Source of the DNA: Candidatus Rariloculaceae bacterium
GTDB lineage: Bacteria > Pseudomonadota > Gammaproteobacteria > Steroidobacterales > Rariloculaceae
Assembly (NCBI GenBank): GCA_965204155.1
Contig: OZ241971.1
Location: 2,560,100 to 2,624,099, forward strand
Length of the DNA stretch: 64,000 nt
Reading direction: 5' to 3'
Under the pieces are notes generated by a model that made no database searches, was not told the origin of the DNA, and worked only from the letters and a program-made list of their open reading frames with translations. Below, piece by piece: positions 54,559 to 64,000 of the stretch. A program made the translations under genes and the position numbers. Numbering within the stretch: the first letter of the stretch is position 1; each line of letters opens with the position of its first letter.

Positions 54559-55587
54559 TCAGCTGCCGCTTCTTCTGGCGCCCTGTAGCGTCGCCATGCC
54601 GGGAGCACGACGCTCCCGCAGTACGGCGCGGCGAAAGCGGAACAATTCGGCGGGCCGGCCGCCGGTCTTGCCGGATCGCTGTCCGGTACCTTCCACCAGG
54701 CCGGCTCGTTCCACCTGGCGCCTGAAGTTCTGCTTGTGCACGCGCAGCCCCGTGAGGGCCTCGACCACGCGCTGCAACTCCAGCAGGGTGAAGGTGGGCG
54801 GAAGCAGTTCGAATACCACCGGGCGGTATCTGAGCTTGCCGCGAATCCGTCCCAGTCCCGTCGCCAGGATGCGCCGGTGATCGAAGGCCATGGATTCTCC
54901 CAGCGCGCCGTCGGACGGCAAGTCGTCAGCCGGCAAGTTGTCGTCACGGACGCGATCGGCCCAGTATTCGGAAATCAGGCGTGCCTCGTAGAGCAACTCA
55001 TAGCGCTCCAGTACCTGGTAGGCATCCCATCCGGCATTACCCAACCCGAAGCAGATCTCCACCCGCTCGCGCCGCTCGGCGTTTTCCTGAGACCATTCCA
55101 GTAACGCGGCCTCGATTTCGTCCATGATCGGGGGGCGGCCGGCCCGCCAGTCTTCCCACGGGAAGTATGCGTAGCAGTCCTGCCAACGGGAGTTCTCGGC
55201 CCGGGACAGATCCTGCTCGCGGGCCAGGGCCAGATACCCCACGGACAGGACCCGGCTGCCCCCGGCGCGCTCCCGGGGGTCGCGTCCCTGATCGGCAAAC
55301 GTGTAGAGCTGCTCCACGTAACCCAGTTCGCCCCCGGTTTTTTCGAGAACGGACCGGCGCATGCAGAGCTCCAGCGTCCGGTCGTTCTTCTCGTCGAAAG
55401 AGCCGAAGGGCAGCGCCGGCGGCAGATGCCACGTGTCCATGCCGAAGAAGTCCTCGCCCAGCTCCTGCGTGCCGACAGTGAGAACGCGAGGCTGATGAGC
55501 GGTCACGGCGAGAATGACCGCGTTCAGTCCGACCTCCAGTTCCGGCTTGCGCGGCTCCGATGGCCCCTCGCCGGATTGGCCGGACAT
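54559..55587 (-). CDS. NrtR-like regulator (degenerate Nudix domain + C-terminal winged helix)
   Basis: C-terminal FTLLELQRVVEALTGLRVHKQNFRRQVERAGLVEGTG matches the NrtR wHTH pattern as recalled. The Nudix box is degenerate (RRSVLEKTG instead of REx2EExG). Confidence 0.62.
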   Translation of the reverse strand: MSGQSGEGPSEPRKPELEVGLNAVILAVTAHQPRVLTVGTQELGEDFFGMDTWHLPPALPFGSFDEKNDRTLELCMRRSVLEKTGGELGYVEQLYTFADQGRDPRERAGGSRVLSVGYLALAREQDLSRAENSRWQDCYAYFPWEDWRAGRPPIMDEIEAALLEWSQENAERRERVEICFGLGNAGWDAYQVLERYELLYEARLISEYWADRVRDDNLPADDLPSDGALGESMAFDHRRILATGLGRIRGKLRYRPVVFELLPPTFTLLELQRVVEALTGLRVHKQNFRRQVERAGLVEGTGQRSGKTGGRPAELFRFRRAVLRERRAPGMATLQGARRSGS

Positions 55588-55589
55588 GC

Positions 55590-56120
55590 TCAGAGCAGCC
55601 GCAGGAGGATCTCTTCGGCTTCCTCGAAGGTCACCTCGCCGGGTTTCTGCACATAGCGGATGATGCCGTCACGATCCACGAACGCGTTGAACGGCAGGCC
55701 GCCGTAGGTGTTGCCGTAGGCTTCGCTGATGTCCATGACGTCGAAGATGTCCCCGTAGACGATGGGAAAGTCGATCGGCACCTCGTCGAGAAACTCGATG
55801 ACCTTGTCGAGGGAATCCGCACCCAGGCCCACCACCTCGAACCCCTGGTCGCCGTATTCGGCGCGCAGCCGGTTGAAGGCGGGCATTTCCTTGCGGCAGG
55901 GAATGCACCAGCTCGCCCAGAAGTCCACCAGGAGCACCTGGCCGTCCCACTCCGAAACGGACCGGGTTCCGCCGTCGACGGTCGACAGCGTGAAATCGGG
56001 ACGGTAGGGGGCGTTGGTCACGTGGGAAAAGCGCTCGGTGTCCAGGTCCTGCGCGACGACGGACACCGATGCCGCAAGAATCGCCAGTCCCGACAGGAAA
56101 CCGGGTACGCGTATGCTCAT
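55590..56120 (-). CDS. TlpA-family periplasmic thiol:disulfide oxidoreductase
   Basis: Starts at Met66 of the track ORF with a signal peptide. Thioredoxin motif FWASWCIPC. Confidence 0.8.
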   Translation of the reverse strand: MSIRVPGFLSGLAILAASVSVVAQDLDTERFSHVTNAPYRPDFTLSTVDGGTRSVSEWDGQVLLVDFWASWCIPCRKEMPAFNRLRAEYGDQGFEVVGLGADSLDKVIEFLDEVPIDFPIVYGDIFDVMDISEAYGNTYGGLPFNAFVDRDGIIRYVQKPGEVTFEEAEEILLRLL

Positions 56121-56305
56121 CACAGAAACTCTCCCAGGCGGTCCATGGCGCCTCGCCGACACAAGAGCCGTGTCTCCCCAAGGCCATTTTTCCGTGGCCA
56201 AGTATAGCCCAGCCACCGTCGCCCGTCGGTTACACTGGCGACCTGCGGAGATGGCCCCGCGTCGCGCGGACACGGACGAGGCGCCCGGCTGCACAGGCGC
56301 CGACG

Positions 56306-57232
56306 ATGGAATCATTCTGGATCGACAAGCTCCTCGCCGACGAAATCCTCATCATCGACGGTGGCACGGGCAGCGAATTGCAGCGCCGCGGCGTGGCCAT
56401 GGACGCGAATGCCTGGAGCGGCGCGGCGGCACTCAAGCACGAAGCGCTGCTGCGGCAAATCCATCGGGACTACATCGGTGCCGGCGCCGAAGTCATCACG
56501 GCCAATACGTTCGGAACGACGCGATTCGTACTGGCGTCCGCCGGACTGGACGACGAGTTCGAGCGAATCAACCGCAGAGCCATGCGGGCGGCCAGGCAGG
56601 CCCGCGACGACGCGGCCGCAGGCCCCGTGGCCATCGCCGGTTCGCTGTCGTGCCTGCCGCCGCGGAACGACCCGGCCGGCTATCCCGAGCCGCACGAGGA
56701 ACTGAACGCCTACTGCGAACTGGCGGACCTCCTGGACGCGGAGGGCGCCGACCTCATCGCGCTGGAAATGATGGAAGACACGGTCCACGCCCGCCTGGCC
56801 ATGTCCGCGGCCGTCGAGACCGGATTGCCCGTGTGGCTGGGCGTCAGTACTCGAATGAGCGAGGCAGGCGACGCACTGGTGGGATTCGATTTCCCGGAGA
56901 CCCCGCTGGCCGATCCACTGGACGTCCTCATCCCGATGCAACCGGCCGTGGTCAATGTCATGCATACGCCCCCGGAAGCGGTCGGACCGGCCCTGAACGA
57001 ATTGAAGCGACGGTGGGACGGACCTTGCGGCGCCTATCCCGAACTGGGCGATTTCGAGGCTCCTGACTGGCAATTCACGCAGCACCTTACCCCAGGCGAG
57101 TTCGTCAGCCTCGCCGCGGAGTGGGTGCGGCAGGGTGCAAGGCTACTGGGCGGTTGCTGCGGAACGCTGCCGGAACACATTCTCGCGCTGAAGGAGGCCA
57201 AAGAGGACCTGCTCGCTGCGCGGCGGGTCTGA
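56306..57232 (+). CDS. Homocysteine S-methyltransferase-family protein (BHMT/MmuM-like)
   Basis: Starts at Met80 of the track ORF (MESFWIDKLL…IIDGGTGSELQRRG). C-terminal zinc-site GGCCGT. Confidence 0.8.
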   Translation: MESFWIDKLLADEILIIDGGTGSELQRRGVAMDANAWSGAAALKHEALLRQIHRDYIGAGAEVITANTFGTTRFVLASAGLDDEFERINRRAMRAARQARDDAAAGPVAIAGSLSCLPPRNDPAGYPEPHEELNAYCELADLLDAEGADLIALEMMEDTVHARLAMSAAVETGLPVWLGVSTRMSEAGDALVGFDFPETPLADPLDVLIPMQPAVVNVMHTPPEAVGPALNELKRRWDGPCGAYPELGDFEAPDWQFTQHLTPGEFVSLAAEWVRQGARLLGGCCGTLPEHILALKEAKEDLLAARRV

Positions 57233-57352
57233 CGATGCGTATCGCCAGGGCGGCGCGTCCGCATTTTTTGCGGAATTGTACTGACCCGGACGGACTCTGA
57301 AGCCGATACCCTGCGTACCGCCGGCGCAATCGAGGTCAGTGAGGCGAGCGGA

Positions 57353-57985
57353 TTAGCCGGGTATCGGAATCTCGTCGCTCGTGGCCGGGACGAAGTAGCC
57401 GCGCTGCACTGCCGGCCGCCCGGCGATCTGCAGGTACCATCGCAACACGTTCGGGTAATCGTGCAGGTCGATCTCCTGGCGCGGATGGCGGGCGATCCAG
57501 GGCCATGTCGCGATGTCGGCGATGCTGTACTCGCCGGCAAGGTATTCCTCGTCGCCGAGACGCTTGTCCAGCACCCCGTAAATCCGCTTCGTCTCGTTGT
57601 GATAGCGCGTTTCCGCGTAGGGCGCCTTGCCCTTGTTGTAGAAAAGGAAGTGGTGGGTCTGCCCGAGCATCGGGCCGACGCTGCCCATCTGCATCATCAG
57701 CCACTCCAGCACCTGCCAGCGCCGGTCGCCCGACTTCGGGAACAGGCGCCCGGTCTTTTCCGCCAGGTAGATCAATATGGCAGCCGACTCCATCAGGCTC
57801 ACCCCCGCGTCCGTATCCACGATCGCGGGAATCTTGTTGTTCGGGCTGATCCTGAGAAAATCCGGCTCGAACTGCTCGTCCCTGCCGATATGAACCGGGA
57901 TGACCCGATACGGCAGCTCAAGCTCCTCCAGCATGATGGAGACTTTCCGCCCGTTCGGCGTGGACCACGTATACAAATCGATCAT
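57353..57985 (-). CDS. Nu-class glutathione S-transferase (YfcG/YghU-like)
   Basis: MIDLYTWSTPNGRKVSIMLEELELPY…FLRISPNNKIPAIVD closely resembles E. coli YfcG as recalled. Confidence 0.85.
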   Translation of the reverse strand: MIDLYTWSTPNGRKVSIMLEELELPYRVIPVHIGRDEQFEPDFLRISPNNKIPAIVDTDAGVSLMESAAILIYLAEKTGRLFPKSGDRRWQVLEWLMMQMGSVGPMLGQTHHFLFYNKGKAPYAETRYHNETKRIYGVLDKRLGDEEYLAGEYSIADIATWPWIARHPRQEIDLHDYPNVLRWYLQIAGRPAVQRGYFVPATSDEIPIPG

Positions 57986-58094
57986 CCGATGTCCTTCCCT
58001 CGTCTTCAGTAGCACTTACGATAAGGCCGCCGAAACATAGCGCACCACGAAACTCCGAGTCCAATGAAGTCAATCGACCTGATCGAACCACATA

Positions 58095-58239
58095 GCGAAG
58101 GCATGTACGGCTACTGCTTGCACGCGTCGTGGGCTCGGAGCGGGGCCAGGGATGGCCAGGAGCACCGAGCCCCGATTTGAGCCCGCCATGGATGGCGGGC
58201 GAAATTGAGCGTGCAAGCAGTAGCCGTACATGCCTTCGC
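58095..58239. repeat. Perfect 31-bp inverted repeat with two nested hairpins (divergent intergenic region)
   Basis: GCGAAGGCATGTACGGCTACTGCTTGCACGC at 58095..58125 is the exact reverse complement of 58209..58239. Inner stems are GGGCTCGG/CCGAGCCC enclosing GGCCA-GGGA-TGGCC, and GCCCGCCAT-GG-ATGGCGGGC. Confidence 0.9.
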
Positions 58240-58315
58240 GGGCCCGCAGGTGAGAAACAACGATTTGGACAATTCCCGACTGAATGCCCAAAATGGCGCC
58301 GATGAGGTACCGGAA

Positions 58316-59722
58316 ATGAACGCCGTTGCGGTGAGCGTGCGCGACGGAATCGTCGACCGCCTGCGCACCCGTCTCGCGGATGGCGCCGTTCTAAGCGGCG
58401 CTGACATCGGCGAGCGCTACAGCGTGGACTACACCGGTGAAAATCCGCATCGCCCCTTCGCCGTGGTCAAGCCCCGTTCCACCGAAGAAGTAGCGGCCGT
58501 GCTGCGAACCTGCTCGGAGTTCGCCCAGCCGGTCGTGGTGCAGGGCGGGCTCACCGGCCTCGCGGGAGGGGCCACGCCCAGAAAGGGCGAGATCGCCATG
58601 TCGCTGGAGCGGCTGAACGGGATCGAAGAGCTGGACCCCGTGTCCATGACCATTACCGCCCGGGCCGGCACGCCGCTGCAGGCGGTTCAGGAAGCCGCAG
58701 CGGAAGCCGGCCTGCTCCTGCCGCTGGATTTCGGCGCCCGGGGCTCGTGTCATATCGGCGGCGCCATCGCCACCAACGCCGGGGGCAACCAGGTGATCCG
58801 CTTTGGCATGGCCCGCAACCTGGTGCTGGGCCTTGAAGCCGTGCTGGCGGACGGCACCGTCATCAGCTCCATGAACAAGATGCTCAAGAACAATGCCGGC
58901 TACGACCTGAAACAGCTCTTCGTGGGCACCGAGGGCACGCTGGGCGTCATTACCCGGGTCGTTCTTCGTTTGGTGCCCCGCTTGTCGAGCCGGTGTACCG
59001 CGCTGTGCACCGCAGAATCGTTCGACCATGCCGTCACTTTGCTGCGCACGGTGCAGACCGGTCTGGCGGGGTCGATCAGCGCCTACGAGGTGATGTGGGC
59101 GAGCTACTACGACAAGGTGCTGGAAATCGTCGAGACTCTGCGTTCCCCCTTCGCGGATTCTCACCCGTTCTACGTACTCGTGGAGACGGAAGGGGTGGAT
59201 CAGGGCAGCGACGCCGAGCGGTTCGAGTCGGTGCTGGCCGGGGCACTGGAGTCTGAAACGATCACCGACGCCGTGATCGCCCGGTCCGAGGGCGAGCGGC
59301 AGACATTCTGGGCCATCCGCGACGGAGTAGGGGAGATCACACCCGCGTTGTCGCCCTACGTGCCCCTGGACGTGAGCATGGACATCGTGGCGATGCCGCG
59401 GTTCCTCGAGGCGTTCGACCGGGCGCTGGCGGCCGAGTTGCCGAACTCGCTGAACCTGGTGTTCGGGCACCTGGGAGACAACAACCTGCACCTGTTCGTG
59501 ACCACCGACCACGAAGCGCAGAACGACAGGGTGGTGGAACTGGCATACGGCCTTGTGGGCGAGTGCGGCGGCTCGATTTCGGCCGAGCACGGAGTCGGCA
59601 GCCTGAAACGCGACTTCCTGCACCATTCCAGGACGTCCCGGGAGATCGACCTGATGGGGCGGCTCAAACAGGCGCTGGACCCGCGCGGAATCCTCAATCC
59701 GGGCCGGGTGATCCCGGGCTGA
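58316..59722 (+). CDS. FAD-linked oxidase (GlcD / D-2-hydroxyacid dehydrogenase family)
   Basis: Starts at Met38 of the track ORF. FAD_binding_4-type N-domain (VVVQGGLTGLAGGA) and C-terminal SAEHGVG. Confidence 0.85.
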   Translation: MNAVAVSVRDGIVDRLRTRLADGAVLSGADIGERYSVDYTGENPHRPFAVVKPRSTEEVAAVLRTCSEFAQPVVVQGGLTGLAGGATPRKGEIAMSLERLNGIEELDPVSMTITARAGTPLQAVQEAAAEAGLLLPLDFGARGSCHIGGAIATNAGGNQVIRFGMARNLVLGLEAVLADGTVISSMNKMLKNNAGYDLKQLFVGTEGTLGVITRVVLRLVPRLSSRCTALCTAESFDHAVTLLRTVQTGLAGSISAYEVMWASYYDKVLEIVETLRSPFADSHPFYVLVETEGVDQGSDAERFESVLAGALESETITDAVIARSEGERQTFWAIRDGVGEITPALSPYVPLDVSMDIVAMPRFLEAFDRALAAELPNSLNLVFGHLGDNNLHLFVTTDHEAQNDRVVELAYGLVGECGGSISAEHGVGSLKRDFLHHSRTSREIDLMGRLKQALDPRGILNPGRVIPG

Positions 59723-59778
59723 TGGCGCGGCGGACCGGCATTTCGATCGATGCGAGCGGGCCCGGCGCGCGCCGGTAA

Positions 59779-60963
<1,185 letters not shown>

Positions 60964-61126
60964 CGCAATCGCCCACTACGAAAAACACAACAACATAACC
61001 CTGCACTCGTTTGGCAAACTTCAAAATGAGGGTTACTATGACGGATCAGTCAGCCTTGACCGGAAAATGTAACTTCCCTAGAGTCCGCACAATCGAGATC
61101 GCGCCGCGCGCGGTAGCTACGGGCTC

Positions 61127-61432
61127 GTGCAGCAAATGTCACTACGGAACTGCAGCGCCATACTGAACAGGCATCGCAAGCTTGCGGCCCTGTCTGCGTT
61201 GCTGCTGGCATTCGCGTTCAGTGCCAATCTGACGCACGGCCACGACGGCGACCACCGCGCTTACGCTGAATGCGCAATCTGTCTGAAGCTCGATCATGAC
61301 GATGAGCTCAAGATCCCCAGCAGATTCGAGTCGGAGTTTGTACCTGGCGAAGAGCGCTACCCTGAAGCAGCGCTGACTCCGCACTTCATCGACATTGTCG
61401 ATGTCCGATCCCGTTCGCCCCCTCGCACCTGA
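61127..61432 (+). CDS. Small secreted Cys/His-containing protein, possibly DUF2946-like
   Basis: Signal-like KLAALSALLLAFAFSA, then HGHDGDH and a CAIC motif. Position upstream of a TonB receptor is as recalled for DUF2946 genes. Weak call. Confidence 0.35.
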   Translation: MQQMSLRNCSAILNRHRKLAALSALLLAFAFSANLTHGHDGDHRAYAECAICLKLDHDDELKIPSRFESEFVPGEERYPEAALTPHFIDIVDVRSRSPPRT

Positions 61433-61665
61433 ACGACTCCAACCAGGACAGCTGATGCTGTCGCGGCTTCCTGATCGATCAGGTTGGCCGCCCTTCCCCA
61501 ATCGTTCGTTTTGCTCTGTGCCGTAAGGATTGCCGGAGCGCGTGGGTCAGTCAATTGAGGTCAGCCAAATGAATTTCATCCGGCGATACCGGTGGATTCC
61601 GGCGATTGTTTCAGGCCCGCCCGCGAGTCGATCAACAGGCACGTTCCATTTCTCGGGTGACACTC

Positions 61666-63837
61666 ATGAGTATCAAGCCATATCTATTTCAGTTTTTCCC
61701 CTTACTTGTCCTGACCGGCGGGACCGCCTTTCTCGCCAAAGCGCAGGACATCGAAGAAGTCATTGTTGAGGTGCAACGCAAGGAAACCTCCATCTGGAGC
61801 ACGCCGGCCAGCCTGGAAGTTCTGGATCGGGAAGATATCCTGAACCTGCAGCCGAACAGCCTGGCCGATCTGGTCCGGTACCAGCCGGCCATCAGCTTCG
61901 ATCAGTCCAGTGACCGCCGCGGCAACGGCAGTTTTGTGATTCGCGGACTTTCCGGAAACAGGGTCATCATGCTCATGGACGGGACGAGATTGCCCGACGG
62001 GTTCGGTTCGGCCGGCGTTTCCAACGGGCGCAACAGTTTCGAGCCCTATTCCATGAACAGCATCCAGTTCCTGAAGGGACCGTCTTCCGCCCTGTACGGC
62101 AGTGACGCCCTGGCGGGAGTGGTATTGCTGCAAACCGCTTCGCCCGCCCAAATGCTGGACGGCGGTGACGATTCGATGTTCGAACTCAGCGGCGGTTTCG
62201 ACCAGGTCAATAATGGTTTCCGGCAGACCCTCAGCAATGCGGGACCGGCGTTTGGCGGCGCCTACCTGCTGCAATTGTCCACGCGCCAGTTTTCCGAATC
62301 CGGGATTTACGGCGAGCACGAGAATTTTCCGATGGATGGAACGCAGGAGAACATCCTTCTCAAGTGGGAAAACGCGGATCGAGCCGACCGTCAGTACGGC
62401 GTGCTCATGGATGTCTGGCGGCGGGAGGTTGACGCCAGCTTCAGTTCCGGGCTGGACCCGGCGGGACCGATCACCGACAACTACACGGAGGACGAAAGCT
62501 ATCGCTGGCGGATCGGTTTCTACCGCAACATGACCGATGTTCTGGGACTTGACCGGTTGGACTGGCAGGTCGATTTGCAGCAGGCTGCGGTCGACGAGGA
62601 CCAGTTCGAACGGCGATCGCGTCGTGGAGAAGAGATTCTCGACATCGAGGAAGTCGATATCGACCAGGACCTCATATCCGCCAGCGTAGTCATGGGCAAG
62701 GAATGGCCAAACCACGAACTGCTGGGGGGCATCGATTACGTCAGAAAGTCCGCCCAGCGGATCAATTTCTACCGGGACGTCCATCTCGCGACGGGCGAAG
62801 TCAATCCGGCTCGCAACGGCGTCGTGTATCCGCTGAAGAGCTATCCGACCAGCGATACGGACCTGTTGGGGATATTTGTCCAGGATGAAATCCTGCTCGC
62901 CGAAGAACGACTGCGCCTCACGCTCGGGTTGCGCTACGACTATTTCAACAACGAACCGAAGCCGGATGAACTGTATTTCAACTCGAATCCGACGGGACAG
63001 GATGTCGACGCAATCAGCAGCGACAACCTGTCGCCGAGTCTGGGCCTGACCTTCGAGGCAAGCGAAAATGCGATCCTGTTCGGAAACCTCGTATCCGGTT
63101 TCCGCACGCCGCCGGTAACCGAGCAATACATCAACACATTCATTCAAAGCCGTGGGTTTCCGCATGAAGTGCTGGCGAACCCGGATCTGAAATCGGAGTA
63201 CAGCAGCGGCTTCGAGGCCGGAATCCGCCTGCGAGGCGCGATCGGCAGACTGGAAGTCTCCACTTATCGAACCGAATATGAGGATTTCATCGAAAGTACT
63301 CGTTCGGGAACGCGTCCCAACCCGATCCCCGGCTTCCGTCCGGTGACCCAGATCCAGTATCGGAACCTGAGCGACGTGGAAGTCAGGGGAACCGAACTGG
63401 ACGCGGAACTGTACCTGCACAACTGGCTGGATACGGAAAGCCAGTGGCTGCTGAGCTTCAGTTGGGCCGGCCTGGAGGGTGAAAACAGGTCAAGCGACGA
63501 ACCGCTGACCAGCGTCGGGCCGCACCAGGGCGTGCTCGGCCTCGCGTTCCGATCCGCTGCCGGCAATCTGGGAGCCAATGTGAACGCCAGGATTGTCGAC
63601 GAATTCACCGATGTTCCGTTCGGGAGGTTTGCGGTGCCGGAATACACCCGGGTGGACTTCAGCATGTTCTACGATTTCACTCCCGGCTTCAGCGTCAACC
63701 TCCGGATCGACAACCTCCTCGACGAGCAATACTGGTTTCAGTTCATGGCCGGCGCCAACATCCGCGGCGACGTGTCCAGTGCAGCCGCGCCAGGCAGGAG
63801 TATCTCGGTCTCGGCCCGCTATCGGTTCGGAATGTAG
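61666..63837 (+). CDS. TonB-dependent outer-membrane receptor (723 aa)
   Basis: Starts at Met21 of the track ORF with a signal peptide. Plug motifs (IEEVIVEV, FVIRGLSGNRV, LKGPSSALYGSDA). Confidence 0.85.
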   Translation: MSIKPYLFQFFPLLVLTGGTAFLAKAQDIEEVIVEVQRKETSIWSTPASLEVLDREDILNLQPNSLADLVRYQPAISFDQSSDRRGNGSFVIRGLSGNRVIMLMDGTRLPDGFGSAGVSNGRNSFEPYSMNSIQFLKGPSSALYGSDALAGVVLLQTASPAQMLDGGDDSMFELSGGFDQVNNGFRQTLSNAGPAFGGAYLLQLSTRQFSESGIYGEHENFPMDGTQENILLKWENADRADRQYGVLMDVWRREVDASFSSGLDPAGPITDNYTEDESYRWRIGFYRNMTDVLGLDRLDWQVDLQQAAVDEDQFERRSRRGEEILDIEEVDIDQDLISASVVMGKEWPNHELLGGIDYVRKSAQRINFYRDVHLATGEVNPARNGVVYPLKSYPTSDTDLLGIFVQDEILLAEERLRLTLGLRYDYFNNEPKPDELYFNSNPTGQDVDAISSDNLSPSLGLTFEASENAILFGNLVSGFRTPPVTEQYINTFIQSRGFPHEVLANPDLKSEYSSGFEAGIRLRGAIGRLEVSTYRTEYEDFIESTRSGTRPNPIPGFRPVTQIQYRNLSDVEVRGTELDAELYLHNWLDTESQWLLSFSWAGLEGENRSSDEPLTSVGPHQGVLGLAFRSAAGNLGANVNARIVDEFTDVPFGRFAVPEYTRVDFSMFYDFTPGFSVNLRIDNLLDEQYWFQFMAGANIRGDVSSAAAPGRSISVSARYRFGM

Positions 63838-63849
63838 GAGGGCTGCGCC

Positions 63850-64000
63850 ATGAAGACTCCCAGGATGAGACTCATGAAAAGACTCGCCATTCCCGGCCTG
63901 ATTCTCGCTGCAACGGCAGGAGCCGCTTTTCTCGGCTTTCAGAGGTATGCTTCGCCGACCCGGGTTGCGCTGGTGAACTTCGAGGATTTCACTGCCAGCC
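63850..64000 (+). CDS. Signal-anchored protein, 5' fragment only (runs off window)
   Basis: ATG at 63850 with AGGAGG 9 nt upstream. Encodes MKTPRMRLMKRLAIPGLILAATAGAAFLGF… and stays open to the window end. Not in the track because no stop is reached. Confidence 0.4.
   Translation, partial: MKTPRMRLMKRLAIPGLILAATAGAAFLGFQRYASPTRVALVNFEDFTAS

Overview
High-GC (by eye, not computed) proteobacterial-type chromosomal window with about 50 supportable protein-coding genes. I recognised no rRNA, tRNA, CRISPR array, transposase or integrase. Many long ORFs in the track are antisense or out-of-frame shadows typical of GC-rich DNA, and several real genes start at internal Met/Val codons of the track ORFs; coordinates below were derived from the track. 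Positions 13.6-48.5 kb form a methylated-amine / one-carbon catabolic super-locus. Its centre is a tightly coupled minus-strand operon (19077..29414): a non-pyrrolysine MttB-family methyltransferase, a corrinoid protein, DUF1638, a small 'virulence factor'-family protein, a MetV-like plus MetF-type split MTHFR, a methyl-THF:corrinoid methyltransferase, a RACo-like reductive activase and a dimethylglycine-dehydrogenase-family (DMGDH) flavoprotein. Downstream lies soxBDAG (heterotetrameric sarcosine oxidase). Diverging from the operon are a TonB-dependent receptor, a TPR-sulfotransferase and a BCCT transporter. Further along are a second orphan MttB paralogue, two more DMGDH paralogues in tandem, a class-III aminotransferase, fhs, etfBA and a GlxA/GbdR-type AraC regulator. 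The left flank (1-12.6 kb) holds miscellaneous hydrolase and oxidoreductase genes, including two DUF885 paralogues. The right flank holds nadAB, an NrtR-like regulator, tlpA-like, a homocysteine S-methyltransferase, a GST, pobA and a second TonB receptor locus. Structural oddities seen directly in the sequence: duplicated gene junctions that create chains of start/stop-overlapping mini-ORFs (soxA/soxG and DMGDH2/DMGDH3), three long perfect inverted repeats with nested hairpins in intergenic DNA, and a small AT-richer islet with two orphan antitoxins and a truncated toxin. All functional calls rest on motif and sequence recollection, not database searches.
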